Source: Tubulanus polymorphus
Lineage: Eukaryota > Animalia > Nemertea
Assembly (NCBI RefSeq): GCF_964204645.1
Contig: NC_134025.1
Coordinates: forward strand, 20,993,101 to 21,057,100
Direction: 5' to 3'
Length of the DNA stretch: 64,000 bases
Under the pieces are notes generated by a model that saw only the letters and a program-made list of their open reading frames with translations, was not told where the DNA came from and searched no databases. A program made the position numbers and the translations under genes. Within the stretch, counting starts at the first letter, position 1, and every line of letters starts with the position of its first letter. Of the stretch, positions 1-12,488 are shown in pieces.

Positions 1-176
1 GACTTGAGAATTGATTTCCGTATGGAAAAACCAAATCAACATCTATAAGAAATCATTTAAAACACTGAAATATTTCGGGCTAATTTTTCTATTCAAATAT
101 ACTAACCAAATCTAGAATAATTCATTTTTTATCATCTGATCCCCGAAACTAATAATAGAATCATCTAACATTTCAG

Positions 177-1863
177 GTAGCAAATAATCCTATTGGATCT
201 GCAGGGGCGTTGGCGTTGATAAATGCTATACATAACGACAGGAGTCTTCTTAAACTTTTCGACCTAACCGTAAGATATCGTTCACAGATGTATTGGTTTG
301 TTATTCAGTTTACAATCGAATGTTCCATTCCGTAATCCATATATCAGCTTATTTTCATGATAAGATTAGTTAACTACAACTGCACCATCCTCGCCCGGCA
401 GGGATTCGAACCTGATGGTATCGAGACTCGCCACAGAAAAACACCCCCGCTTTATTCTAGCCTGGGTTTTTCGATCTATATTTTATCCATGAAATCTGCC
501 TCAGCGATTATACAACAGGCAATCTGATTGGTGACGCACGTTTTCTTGCGGCAAACCTGCGCATGTCTGATGCGCACCCGGTCTAATGCAGCAGTCCCCT
601 GCCGAGGGAGGATGTAACTGCCCATAAGAGAAGCTATCACAGTGCCCTCGTTCAGAATAAGCTGGATATCTTACTGACCTCTTACAGGGTATTCAAGTGT
701 GTAAAGAGTTCGATAAAATTCACAAAGAAATGCTCGAATCCGGAAGAGATATAGTAATTTTACACGGAGGCATCCTCGGCAATTACATTATCAAAGGATC
801 TAAGAATAGAAAGGCTGGACTAATAGGTAATGAACAAAATACCTCTTAGCCGCGATCACACGGAGGCGATTTAACCCGGGCCAAATTGGCACGGATCAGG
901 CCCGAGTAAAATTTGGCCTGTACGTAAATAGAGAGCGCGTTCACACGCAAACCAATCACTAAATACTAAACAATGCTTTAACAAAGCGAAGCGAGTCGTT
1001 TCCGGAACCAGTTGCAATTCACACGCAATTATTTTTTGGCCCGTGCCAAATTCGGCCAAAAACGCTCGTGTGATCGCTGAAGTAGGCCCGAATAAAAACA
1101 TCGGACCAGGCCCGAACAAAATTCTAGCACTGGACAAAGTTTGGTACTGGTACTGGAAATGACCCACATCGCTTTGTTTAAGCATTGTTTAGTAACGAGT
1201 GGTGTGCGTGTGAACGCCCTCTCTAATTAGACACGGGCCAAATTTGACTCGAGCCTGATCTGCACCAATTTTGCCCGGGCCAAATCGTCTCGTGATCAAG
1301 ATTATCGAGAGCATTCTAAAACCCGAGTACCCTTGAGTGATTTGCGTTTATTTTTTCATTTTATAGCTGACGCGACCGACGAAGATCGCGAAATGAGCGA
1401 ATTGTTCGGCACTCCGCTGGAAATATTCATGAAAACAGATCCGATGGCGATTCTGAAATCGTACGTTGACCGTAATAACCTACGACTCGTTGACCTTTTC
1501 AACCGATTCGATAAGGACAAGAATTACAAGATAAGTCTCGAAGAATTCAAAAAGGGGTTAGCGGTAAGTAGTATTGCAAAACTCGGCGGCGCTTGGGAAT
1601 TTGATGATTTTGATAATATTCTCCGTATCGTGTATATCGTTTATGAATTATATATTCAAGATGGCGGACGTTGGCCTAACAGAAAACCAAATAGAAGCTT
1701 TGATAGCAAGACTTGATAAATCTGAAAGTGATGGAATGGTAGATTACAGGTAAACGCTTGTCAAAAATGTTTATATAATATTTAGGTTCTAACCTCGCAA
1801 GTTACCAATACTCTACAATGCTATGATTATATTTGCAGGATTTTGGCCAATGGCGTTTCTTAG
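177..1863 (+). CDS. 3' part of an LRR + EF-hand protein gene (LRRC74-like); exons 177-269, 688-826, 1367-1563, 1661-1749, 1839-1863; 5' end lies outside the window
   Basis: Phase-consistent GT-AG exons splice to VANNPIGSAGALALINAIHNDRSLLKLFDLT (RI-type LRR) ... NLRLVDLFNRFDKDKNYKISLEEFKKGL (EF-hand) ... LTENQIEALIARLDKSESDGMVDYRILANGVS* (second EF-hand-like motif). AATAAA at 2111. Confidence 0.85.
386..614. mobile_element. MITE-like element (family R1), intronic
   Basis: Imperfect terminal inverted repeats CATCCTCGCCCGGCAGGG ... CCCTGCCGAGGGAGGATG. Related copies at about 24642-24690, 30002-30111 and about 46280-46380. Confidence 0.6.
852..1297. mobile_element. Fold-back/MITE element with long imperfect TIRs (family R2)
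   Basis: Imperfect inverted arms of about 140 bp (GATCACACGGAGGCGATTTAACCCGGGCCAAATT... versus ...TTTGCCCGGGCCAAATCGTCTCGTGATC) with recurrent GGCCAAATTT motifs. Related copies at about 6552-6757 and about 60615-60940. Confidence 0.7.
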
Positions 1864-2498
1864 CTTTTCAAGTATATGTTTATACGTTCATAACATTCAA
1901 TTCTTGTTACATCAAACCTTTGACTGCCGGGTGTTTCGTTAGTTTTTAACTAAAATGTATTTATCACTAATTAAAGACTTTTATTGCCAAAATCATTTGT
2001 ATTATGTCAGTCGAAGGGTTTCCATTTATTTCGAAGTTGTTTTTGCCAATTTACGTTAATCGTTTATCGTTTTCTTTTAATGCAACGTACATTCCATATT
2101 GAATTCAAGGAATAAAAGCGAGTTCACTGTAACGGTTCATAAAAAGCGATCTTTTCATCACAGCCTAATATGTATTTTCTTTTGAAGCTACCACGGTCAA
2201 TTCCTTCGTATTTTTCACTTGTTGAAATCCCTTCTATCAGCCGTAATCGATTCCATCTTTATCATTTCAGGGAACTGGCCAAAGGATCGCAACAGCTCAT
2301 TCAAAAGATTAGAAAACTTACAAAGATGGAGAACAACTTAGTAATCAAATAGCTAAATATTTTTTCCTGATTCTTATTTTTATATACCTATAATCTACAA
2401 TCTATAGTCTCATTTGCGTATATTAAAACGTGGAAAATTATAAATATTATAAATTCGCTTATTAGGAAATAATAAATAGACATATACGTGTTGCAATA

Positions 2499-5400
2499 TC
2501 AACGTCTTACTACAACGGGCGCCTGCAGTTCATAAATTGGCTCAGTTTCTGTATCTGGACCTGGTATGTTTGGCAACGGCCTTCCTCGAATTGATGTATC
2601 TTCGGTCTGAACGTTATCGTTGCCACCCATCACCATTTCATAATCAGCAAGTCCGTTATCATCGTCATAGAATGTTCTAGGCGACAGCACGGGACTGTCG
2701 TACTTCACTGATTGCGTCATTCTATTCGCTTTAATCCTCACCGACGGCTGGGCCGAGGTGAATTTCGGGCGTGATAAGTCCCCGTCTGTTCCAACGTGAT
2801 GAGCATCTTGAATATTACCGGGTTTCGGTTTGCCGAAGACGCCACTCATGTCAAAATATCCATCGCTACTTTTGCCCAGTCTCCTATTGACGTTGTTGTC
2901 TGAAGCGTACGTTTCGTTGTCGAATTCAATCGGATTTGCCATCTCCAATGTTCCTCCTCTGATCTTTTGCTTTTTTCTACGGAGGATATAGAAAAAAAGT
3001 AAAACACTGTATCCTATTCTAAACTCTTCAATCGGGAAAAGCAGGGGTGGATCTAGGACATTTGTAATGCCGGGGTCCATGAGAAAAGAAAAGATAAAGC
3101 AGCAATGCCATGGGCTACTAGCGGGTCGACCCTCGGTATATTTCAAAGGTTAATATCCGAAAGGATGAGTTTCAAATTTCCAGATTTTAACAAGTCTTTG
3201 TATATCTTGATATAAATTCAAACCTTAATTACGTAGAAGGCCAGGGTCCGGTTCATCTAAGTGATAATTTAATGAATCCCTGGCTGTTATATTTCAAAAC
3301 GTTTTTATGACTGCAGTTTATCATTGGACATATCAATGTATGGTACATTCTCGGACACTTTCTGTGCCAATTATTAAATTGCGTTCGCATGTGGTGGCTT
3401 CGATGATTTGCATCGTTATTATCCCCGTACTTACATATTTTTGCGATATCTGATTACTACTGATGATACCACGATGAAGACTATCAAAGTAGCGAGGATG
3501 GTAATTCCGGCTAACGCACCTAAAATGTATACATGTAGTTTGATTATCTATCAATAAAATCTCAATCAAACATATGTATGGGCCGATGGCTTAAACGAGT
3601 ACCCAACCCAATATCAGTCAATGTATCAAATGGAAAAATATTTCAAAACACCGGTCAACATTTAACAGCTTTTCTATCACTTGCAACCTTACGTACCTCG
3701 CGTCAGTGTATCTCCTTTAGGATTGGCACCGGTATCTATAAGAAAAAGATGTTGTATAATCGGTTGCACATTTTGATAATGAGTGACGTTATGATAACTT
3801 TAGAGAATCACAGCGCGAACTGAATTCAATACTCGGGAAAGCCTGAGTTGAGGTTCTACACCGCAGGGTCGCTGGTGGCTGACGAGACCAATTTGCAACA
3901 GGTATGTGGTCCACCCACTGCCTTGGCTGCATACACGGGTTTATAAGTTAGCCGAATACTAACTACGGGCCACATTGATACCCACCAAGTCAACTGAAAA
4001 TCACCTGATTCGTATCATACTATGGTGACTGATTCGGGCCAAACTCAAAAAACAAAGATATCAAAATATTAAAAAATATCTTTCATTCAGACAACACGAA
4101 AATCCGTTTTAACACTACGTAAAATATGAGCTTTTCGTTCTAACGCCAAATACGTATGGTACCTACGTACGTACGAATGTATTTCAAATAATTCTAATGT
4201 GGTACAAAACAGTATGGTTAGTTGGATTTTCAATTTTCGTATAAATGTAGAACCGATTACATACGCCATTTAGCGGCATACAAACCGGGTATACTAGTGG
4301 CATTTCTAGGGCTAGTGGTCAGCAATGTGGTACGATGCGATGGTACTGCGTCGGTACTAGGAGAATGAAAGCTTGTCGTATTGTTTTCATCGTAGGTGGT
4401 TGTTACTACTGTCGTCACAGTGGTTTCAATTGGAGTCGTCGGCTCGGCTGTTGTTTGCGGCAAAGTAGTCCTGAAATCTGATGCATTGAAATAATCATTG
4501 AAACAGATTTGTGTGAAAATCAATGCTTTTTGGCTCGAGAGCCCTTTATGACACTACTCTATATTTGTGAATCTAGGTGTAATGGAAATAAGTATTGATA
4601 AGTATCGCATGATTCCATAAAGTATCGTCCTGGTGACTTGGAATGTTTACCTAGTTGACAAAGACTTTTTTCGACTCGATCCTTTAAGTTGAATCGCCAC
4701 GCTGCAGCGGTACTGTTAAACTTGAAAAAAGTTGGCCAGGCCTTTTTTCCTCTGAACAGAATGATATTCGGTTTCCATGCCGTATATACGGCTTCATTTT
4801 CTACATACAAAACGAAATGTGAAAGAACGCCGTAAGATCGCTAAGAAAAGCGAAATGCTGGTGACAAGAAACTCTGTACTTCAATTAAGTACACGGACGA
4901 CAGCTAAAACATTCGTTTTTCTTTTGATATATATCACGAGTACAAATATCTCAATTATTTGAACAAACATTCGACTAAACGCTTAAATAAACACTTGACT
5001 TTAAAGGACAGAGTCATTCTCGTTCAGTACGGTTTGAAATGAGCTTGCCTATATCATTACCGTAGAGTGGATTTCGTCCCCAAGTCCACAAATCTTTCGC
5101 CAGACCAATCCAGTAACCATCGTTCTTCCCGCTGTTGATCAGTATCTCTGTCAATTTCGTGTGAGACGTTTTATCGAAAATTGAAACCAACGACCCGCCG
5201 AGCGAATTGCATCTCAAACGTGCCTCAAACCACGTCAAAGCCTCCTCGAATATGACTACGTAAGTATTTTGGTCGATTTTGTGATTATTCAAACCACGAG
5301 CAGGCATTCTATCTAGAAAAGTTATACAATGTGTTAAGTTATTCCTCATGAATTCACAGTCTTCTACATTCGTGAATGTACCCCCACGTCGATAGTCTTA

Positions 5401-8016
5401 TTCGTCGCGGTTTTGATATTCATAAAAAAATGCGAGGATAACTTACTGAAACTACATATGAAATATTTCTGAATTCCACACCGATTGCTAAACGCGTAAA
5501 ATGACGAGTTTTGTTTCAAAAAAGCTCCGCATGCCGCCGCACCGTCAGGTTTCCCGATTGACCATAATTTCGTCGAATATTCTTCGCTCGCTGAAAAATA
5601 ATATAAATCCTACATAGGATTGTAATTGATAATCAGATGCCTGACGACTTTTTTGAAACCAATAGATACGTAACTAGAAAACCTCATCGTCGTTTGTAAA
5701 ACGGCTAAATCTTTTGCAAATCATGAAAAATTTAGGTCATACCTATACGTGTAGCCTACACTCAAAACGTGTAGTGCCATTTCTTATGACTTGATACTGC
5801 ATACAAGATTGAATATTTTAGTATTATCTCATATTAATCAAATGATATGAAAATGAATTGTTAAGATTTCTTTTTTACTATATATACATAGCTTTATTTC
5901 AAGGAAAATATCACAATAAGTTATTTTGCTGAGGTCAAAATTGACCATTAATGGCATAGTTAAAAATGAAATATTTCTAGAAAGTGATACATTTAGAAAT
6001 GAAAATATTTTCTCATGTTCAGATATTCAAATGGGTAACGTGTCCGTGAGGTGGATGTTGATATGTATTATGTATAGTGTAGATGTTCTTGGGAAGGGAA
6101 ATTATATAAACCGGATAGATATTGATTAGAAAATCTCATCATATCCAAAATGTAATTTATATAGCCATATGTTTGACTGCTGCAGATTCATTTCAACGGA
6201 GAGAACAATTATTGAACCTATGATATCCGTTTATACGCCAGGAATGAACAGAGCGCGGCGTACTCCGTCTGGATGTATTCAGTTCTGTGATAAGTATAAA
6301 CGCTTTTATCTAAAATCATCGCTCTATACCTACTTTGGATATTGTAGATATAAACGTTGTCGATTCCACCGCAAAGATTATTACTGTCACCCCGACACGG
6401 TACGTCGCAATTGTTTTGACTAACCGACGATGCTGGTGACCATGATTTCGCACAAAGACACGTATCACCTCCCTAGAAAATACTATCTAAAATTCGACCA
6501 ATTATGTTCAGTAATATTTTAGCCACGGTCACAGGAGCATTTATGGTGCGTACCAAATTTGGCCCGACAAAAAACGTCGGACCAGGCTCGAGCCAAATTG
6601 CGTGTGAATCGCATATTGTTGCGGGGTGTCTCACTTCGCTTTGTTTGAGCATTGTTTAGTGGTTTACGCGCGCTCTAATTAGGTACGGCCCAAATTTGGC
6701 GCGGGCCCGATAGTACCAACTAGATCCGGGCCAAATACTCTCCGTGTGATCGCAGCTATATTGTTAAACATTCAGACAACTCCAATTGCTGGATATATCT
6801 CACAATATGTATCATCCTAACGTTGGTCGTGCCTGTTCAAACAAGCAAGTGCGTGGTTCTTTACCTGAAGAGCCGCAAATTTGTACTGTGCCTGCGATCT
6901 ACAGCTTTTGATACAATTTAATGGGCTTATTGCAGCTAGCTTTTCTGTACGCGTGAAAGTTTCGTTATCCCCTTTGTAGCATCCTTGCGCTTGTAAAATT
7001 ACGTTCCCTTCAAATGAAATGGAATATATAGAAGCATCAAATTGATGGCAAGTTAATTCTGCATATCTAATTGTACTTGAATCTTACCATTAGTCCAACG
7101 CCATTGGTCAGGGTTGTAATAAAGCCCGATTCTATATGTAAGTGATTTCGTCAATTGCGCAGAAAGAAAATGTTGTATGTCTTCATTCCTAATCTCGGCT
7201 CTCGTCGTGTCAATTGGACAGCTTACCCCCTAATAGGCCATAGGAACAAAAAACACCGGCATCAAAAGTATCTATTTTGAAAGAACTACATTTTAAAGGT
7301 GTAAAATGAACCGCGAGCACAGTTTTGTATTTTGAAGAAATTATGCTGTTTTCTTTGGACATACCTCGTGAAAATAATAACAAACTCCGTCGTATTCGAT
7401 TCCTCGTGTCGCCAGTTTCGTTGGGCATGTTATGTTAGCTCCTGTTTCTGAAAAATGACCACGTGATATTGATGTCACTCAGCTATTGCCCATTGAATAG
7501 TCATGAAAATATATATTTTTAAGTAGTGCATTTCAACTGCATTTTAGCGGGCATCATCAAATGCAATCTTATACTCATTTCTTCTTTTAATTCTTCATTC
7601 ATTTCATATACCCACAAAAGATAATTTGCATAGAAAAAAAGTTGGCACATTATACTGAAGAACTAAGAAACAAGTAAAGCTATGTTTCATCACCCTGGAG
7701 TAATCATTTGACTACAAATGATAACTCCAAGATTGCATTCAGCACGCGTATTCTTTCTTCTCGCATATTCTTTCTTCCTCTAGTTTCACAGGGCTAAACG
7801 CGATAAAATTTGTATCGTTGAAGTCAATTGTCATACAAGTATGAATCATGATACTAAAGGAACACGCGAATCTAAACAATCATATCTAATCCAAGGATTC
7901 TTAGTTTATTAAACAAATATTTACTCAATTCAGTATATACACACGGTACGAACGATTTACCTACCCGACTGAAATATTGCTACGGTGAAAATGAACAGAA
8001 AAAATGCAAGCGCCAT
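2499..8016 (-). CDS. Type I membrane C-type lectin/WSC receptor, paralog 1; exons 8016-7965, 7447-7365, 7229-7088, 7007-6865, 6472-6334, 5590-5447, 5312-5061, 4800-4651, 4477-4286, 3735-3697, 3519-3435, 2976-2499
   Basis: Signal peptide MALAFFLFIFTVAIFQS; CTLD N-half (CPTK...YDGVCYYF...RIGLYYNPDQWRWTNG); WSC (QGCYK...NCIKSC...FAALQGGDTCLC...CDVPCRGDSNNLCGG...IY); CTLD C-half (WSIGKPDGAAACG...NRCGIQKYFIC); second CTLD (LTWFEARLRCNSLGGSLV...YWIGL); Thr-rich stalk; TM ALAGITILATLIVFIVVSSVVI followed by RYRK; Tyr-containing tail. All introns are GT-AG and phase-consistent. Confidence 0.85.
6552..6757. mobile_element. Partial copy of fold-back family R2
   Basis: Shares TCGCTTTGTTTGAGCATTGTTTAG and GGGCCAAAT...CGTGTGATCGC with 852-1297. 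Confidence 0.6.
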
Positions 8017-8294
8017 TTAGATTTGTTCCAACGTCTTTTAAGAAACATATATACGGGGTTTCACATTAATTTTTATCTACGTGCAGACCTATATACCGAA
8101 CAAGAAATCGATCATTAGGTCCGTGTATACACTTAGCGATATTCTGATTAAATAGTTATTACCTTACGGTACGTCGGCGGTCATATTTATCTATGCTAAA
8201 ACATTGAATTATATCTAAAACGTGTACTGCCGTCTCTATCGTCTTCAGAACATGGACAGCCCGGGGAGGCATTTTCATGAGAAATTAGACGGTG

Positions 8295-11200
8295 ATGAAA
8301 TATAACTATGGCACGATGCAAAACAAACACGGTAAATAAGTGCATTGTAAAAGATTTTGAATATCCATAAACCGTTAGTTAATTTGTAAACAGTACTTAA
8401 AGTAATCGATGATTCATTTCTACATATTTAGAACAGCTGTGATTTTAATGGTAGATTTCATGCCCAAATGAATACGTGCGTTGATCAGATTTCATCTCAT
8501 CGCGTACATGTACAATACATGTTAGAAGTGATATCGCTAATGCATTTGTGAATGGAACTTATTTGATGTTTCAGTTGATACACTGGACAAACGGATTCGC
8601 TTTTTGTGCACTCGCTACCCATCGGATTCCGGTAAGTAATTATTACGTAATAAAGGGGGAAAATATTATCAGAAAGTGGATGAATGAAAAGTCTCAAAAA
8701 CGTCGTAACAATGAGTATCAATTTATGCCTTTGAGTTGATTATCTACCATCTTCTGCCGAGTTTGCAATATTTAAATGACTATTTAAACTATGCAATATA
8801 TCCAATGACTTTGTGATAATTTCTAAAAATCGCTGTCAATTTTGACTTGCGATGGAACTATTCTTGGATTAGAAATCCCCAAAAATATTAGGCATGTCTG
8901 ATATTTCCTCATCATTATCCCAAGACCCTTCCGTAGTATCAAATTCTGGGCTGATTGGACTAAGAAGTTGAATCCATTAATCTATGCATGCTTCGTAGAG
9001 TTCGAATCCGGCAACGAGTAAATTCTTATCTAGGTCGATGGTTCTGGTCAATCGGAAAAAATGAAACATCGAATTCGTTGATACTGGAGACACGCCCAAC
9101 AACGCACACCAACAAAATGTATTGGATTGGTTATAAGAATGAATGTTTATATGTATTTCACGCATATACAGTAAACCTTGTGTAAGTCGGGGCGGTGAAA
9201 GTCGCTTATATCGGATAAATATTGATGGTTCCGATTGGTCCTTCTCTCTTTCAAAAAATTTATATTCCGAACTCGTAGTACTTTTCTTGGTCCCAAAATG
9301 AAAAAAAAATCAGTGAAGATCTCTCACAAAAAGTCGGAGGGCTATTTTCCTCCCGTTGCAGTTAAATTTCATCTGACCCCTGCTCCTCGCTTAAATCCTT
9401 TCTTGAAGATGTTGATTTGATTATTCCGTTTACAGGAACTTAGTCTCATTTCTCGGACTTTTTTCCAGTAGGGGGATTTTTTCTTTTTCCCAGAAGATAC
9501 GACTAGCACAAGGTTTTTACTGTACATGTACATGTATAAAAAACTCATTTAACGGTTTGTACTTATAACATATTTCATTCCTTCTACAGCTTATCTATCC
9601 AAGTTTGATCTGTCGTTGGAGCAAATTCTAGAAGACTTCTTCTGGCTGAGACACAAGCGCGTTGTCATCAGCGATTTCAGCCACGTCGGGAAGGATGCAG
9701 TTGTTGTGATACGTTCTAACGACTGGTGCATGTGGACATTAACGGTGGATAATGACCAGGGTAGCGACGAAGGGGTTTTTCTGTATATCCCGTCTGTGAA
9801 CGAATATGCGCAGCTGATTAAAGGTATGGAATGTGTTTGAATTTTGGCCACGAAAGAATCGAAAGTGAAAAAGAATTTGTTAATTGATGAAAGCTTTTGT
9901 TTCATACTACATCACTATGTATTGCGGATGGAGATGCGATGATTTAAACTGGTCGCATAAGGCTAAACAAATTGATACCTTGTTTCTCATTTGATTCTAC
10001 TAAGCTCAAAGTTTACACGGCTGGCCGTCTATCTATCTTGTATAACATTACTTTTTTTTAAATCACGATCGAGCTAAAAATAACAGATCAGCAAACAACT
10101 CCAATCAGTTGCTTGCCGGTTCAGGCTAGTCGGAAGATTGTCTGAATGAACCGGAACTGATATTTCCAATTATGTACTTCGATATTTTAAAACAAAAAAT
10201 GTTAACCGACCGTTGATCACACAACTATATCTGTACTTCGATTTCCGATTTCAGAATCAAACCCCCTGTTTCGATCCCGGCAGGTGTGGTGGGTTTGTAG
10301 GGACACCGAATCAAACGAAACCTACCAATCAAATAAATAACAGGGTCAGTCCCTATACTAAGATAGAAAAAAAATAACAGACCCAGCTAATTGAAATTTC
10401 AAATCCCATTGCAGTTAACAAAATGACCCGGCCGATTAGGAAAAACAAGGTATCACTTTTAGCCTAAACACCCTAATCCGTGATAGCTGGTGATAAATAG
10501 AAAGTTCCTCGCTAAAGATTTACGTGGAATAACGTGTAGGACCACAACGTGTCAGCTGTTGGCTATATATGTTGACTTTATATGTTGACTATTGGTTAGG
10601 ATATATACACGCATGTATAACAGTCATAGAGTGGACATATTGTTTTATAGTTGAAATATGTATGATAATTTCCAACACCAGATAAAAAACGTTTTTTTTT
10701 ATATACATGTATTTTGACAAGACCGAAACCAGTCCGAATTACCAGATCAGTTTATTCTGACAATCTTATGGTTCTGCGCACAAAAACTTGCCTTGGTGAC
10801 AGGGCCTTTTCAGTGTGCGGCCCTAAACTGTGGAACAGTCTTCCATCGGAACTAAGGTCTGCCAAATCCGTTGACAGTTTCAAAACCATGTTAAAGTCCT
10901 GGCTGTTTAAAGAGCACTTCCCCACTGAGGAGATAGCGCTTTGAACACGTATTGTGGAAAGGCGCTATAGTTAAAAGACACTATGTTATGTTATGTTATG
11001 TTAATCATTTTTAAGAATTATTAGATATTGGAATGAAATTTTTCAAAATAAATACATCATTCTAAAACCAAAAGACTACTTCCATCACAAATATCGTCAC
11101 CTCACTGTGCATATTCTATGATATTTTGTTACTGTTGATCAGACCTCTTATTTTTTCAGCTGATGATAAATATGGGAATATTTTCATGGAAATATTCGGT

Positions 11201-11969
11201 AAAGGAGTTGTTCAGATGGAATTTGAAGGTATATCTGTCATATTCTGGTTCCGTTAGCTATGTTATGTAGACTGGAGGAGCTCTGATAAAATAACCTCAA
11301 ATATCACTCTGAAACTCTACAATAACAAGTAGAACAATATTACTTTGAATCAGCAGTGGTGTTTTCTCGCCGTTTTTTTTTTTCTCAGGGGAACGTATGT
11401 TTATTTTGTTAATTCATAGATCGAACATGCCAACATAAATTTTTTTCTTATTCGAAAATCGTACGTTTTTTGTTTTTTAATTCAAAAATCGGAAAAATTA
11501 TCTTGATTGGAAAATATGGCCCAGAACGGCAGTATTTCATATTTTGGAATGTATTTATGGTTTAAGGAAAACGATTTAAAATTTTGACGATATATGTCTC
11601 GTCAGTAAATGGAAAAAAATTATTTACTAATTCGATTATCGGACGAGTTATATCTCATCAAAGATTACCTGATTTTTTTTCTGAAGTCATAAATCAGAAA
11701 AAAAAACTTTTTTCTCATGTACATAGGACACTACCGTACGATTCAAACTTTCAAATTCATTATATGGTACTTGAGCTGAAATACCACTACTGATATGAAT
11801 CTATAAATTCTATAATTTCGATAGTGAGTCTTGCGCTGGACACGTGTCTATTACAAGTCAACCAATTCTGATGACTTTTCTTGTAGAATCGCCGCCAACG
11901 AACCAATCACGTTGCAGCTTCAAAGAAATTCTCGCTTCGATTTTCTGCTGTTGTCGTCGTTGTAAATAG
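8295..11969 (+). CDS. Uncharacterised protein of about 159 aa; exons 8295-8331 (alternative first exon 8252-8291), 8575-8631, 9590-9823, 11160-11228, 11887-11969
   Basis: Four consecutive phase-1 GT-AG introns give an open frame: MKYNYGTMQNKHVDTLDKRIRFLCTRYPSDSAYLSKFDLSLEQILEDFFWLRHKRVVISDFSHVGKDAVVVIRSNDWCMWTLTVDNDQGSDEGVFLYIPSVNEYAQLIKADDKYGNIFMEIFGKGVVQMEFEESPPTNQSRCSFKEILASIFCCCRRCK*. I recognise no family. The first exon is uncertain. Confidence 0.65.
9169..9522. mobile_element. Tc1/mariner-pogo-type MITE (CAGT termini, TA TSD)
   Basis: TA|CAGTAAACCTTGTGTAAGTCG ... CGACTAGCACAAGGTTTTTACTG|TA. Confidence 0.75.
9961..10464. mobile_element. PIF/Harbinger-type MITE (family R3), TAA TSD
   Basis: TAA|GGCTAAACAAATTGATACCTTGTTT ... 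AAACAAGGTATCACTTTTAGCC|TAA. Other copies at 29812-30154, about 40077-40290, about 48343-48549 and about 53109-53290. Confidence 0.75.
10714..11002 (+). mobile_element. 5'-truncated L2-clade LINE 3' end
   Basis: ORF2 C-terminal signature GDRAFSVCGPKLWNSLPSELR...SFKTMLKSWLF, then a short 3' UTR (AGCGCTTTGAAC...GGAAAGGCGCTATA) and a (TATGT)n tail. Confidence 0.8.
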
Positions 11970-12268
11970 AGTTCGAAAAGGAAATGGACCCAGGCCTTAA
12001 TGTATACGATCATATTATGAATTGACGATTGTGCGATATGGGCTGATTTGTGTAAATAAATCATTTTAGAGTAAAATCTCGTAATTTCTAGTTCTTAAGT
12101 GTGTGTCTTCATTACGACAAGTGTCAGAATCGATATCAAAAACCCAATGGATGTTTTTTAAATTTTCCGTTAATCCGTTATTATTCACAATATATTTGTT
12201 GAACGAAGAAATATTAGAATTAGTGGTAGATTAGCCACACCCTGATGCGGAGAAGAAATGATATGCTT

Positions 12269-12472
12269 AAAACCTACTATAATCTACAGAATCTGAAAAG
12301 ATTGAAATCGAATTTCATTGATCAAGAATTAAAATCAAAATACACGACGTTGTTTCGCATTCTCTTTAAAGATCATCGTCAGGTTAGTTCGAAACGTCGT
12401 GAATTTTGATTTTAATTCTTGACAAACACAATTCGTTTTCAATCTTCTCGGATTCTGTATAATGTGGGTTTT
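12269..12472. repeat. Imperfect palindrome with Penelope-like/hammerhead-like core
   Basis: Inverted arms of about 85 bp (TCAAGAATTAAAATCAAAAT.CACGACGTT / AACGTCGTGAATTTTGATTTTAATTCTTGA). The centre reads CCTGACGATGATC...CGAAAC on the minus strand. Confidence 0.6.
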
Positions 12473-12488
12473 GAACTTATTATCAGAA

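Noticed and set aside
871-1185. 104-aa ORF with repeated FGP motifs
   Set aside because: It lies within fold-back element R2 inside an intron, and the periodicity comes from the DNA motif.
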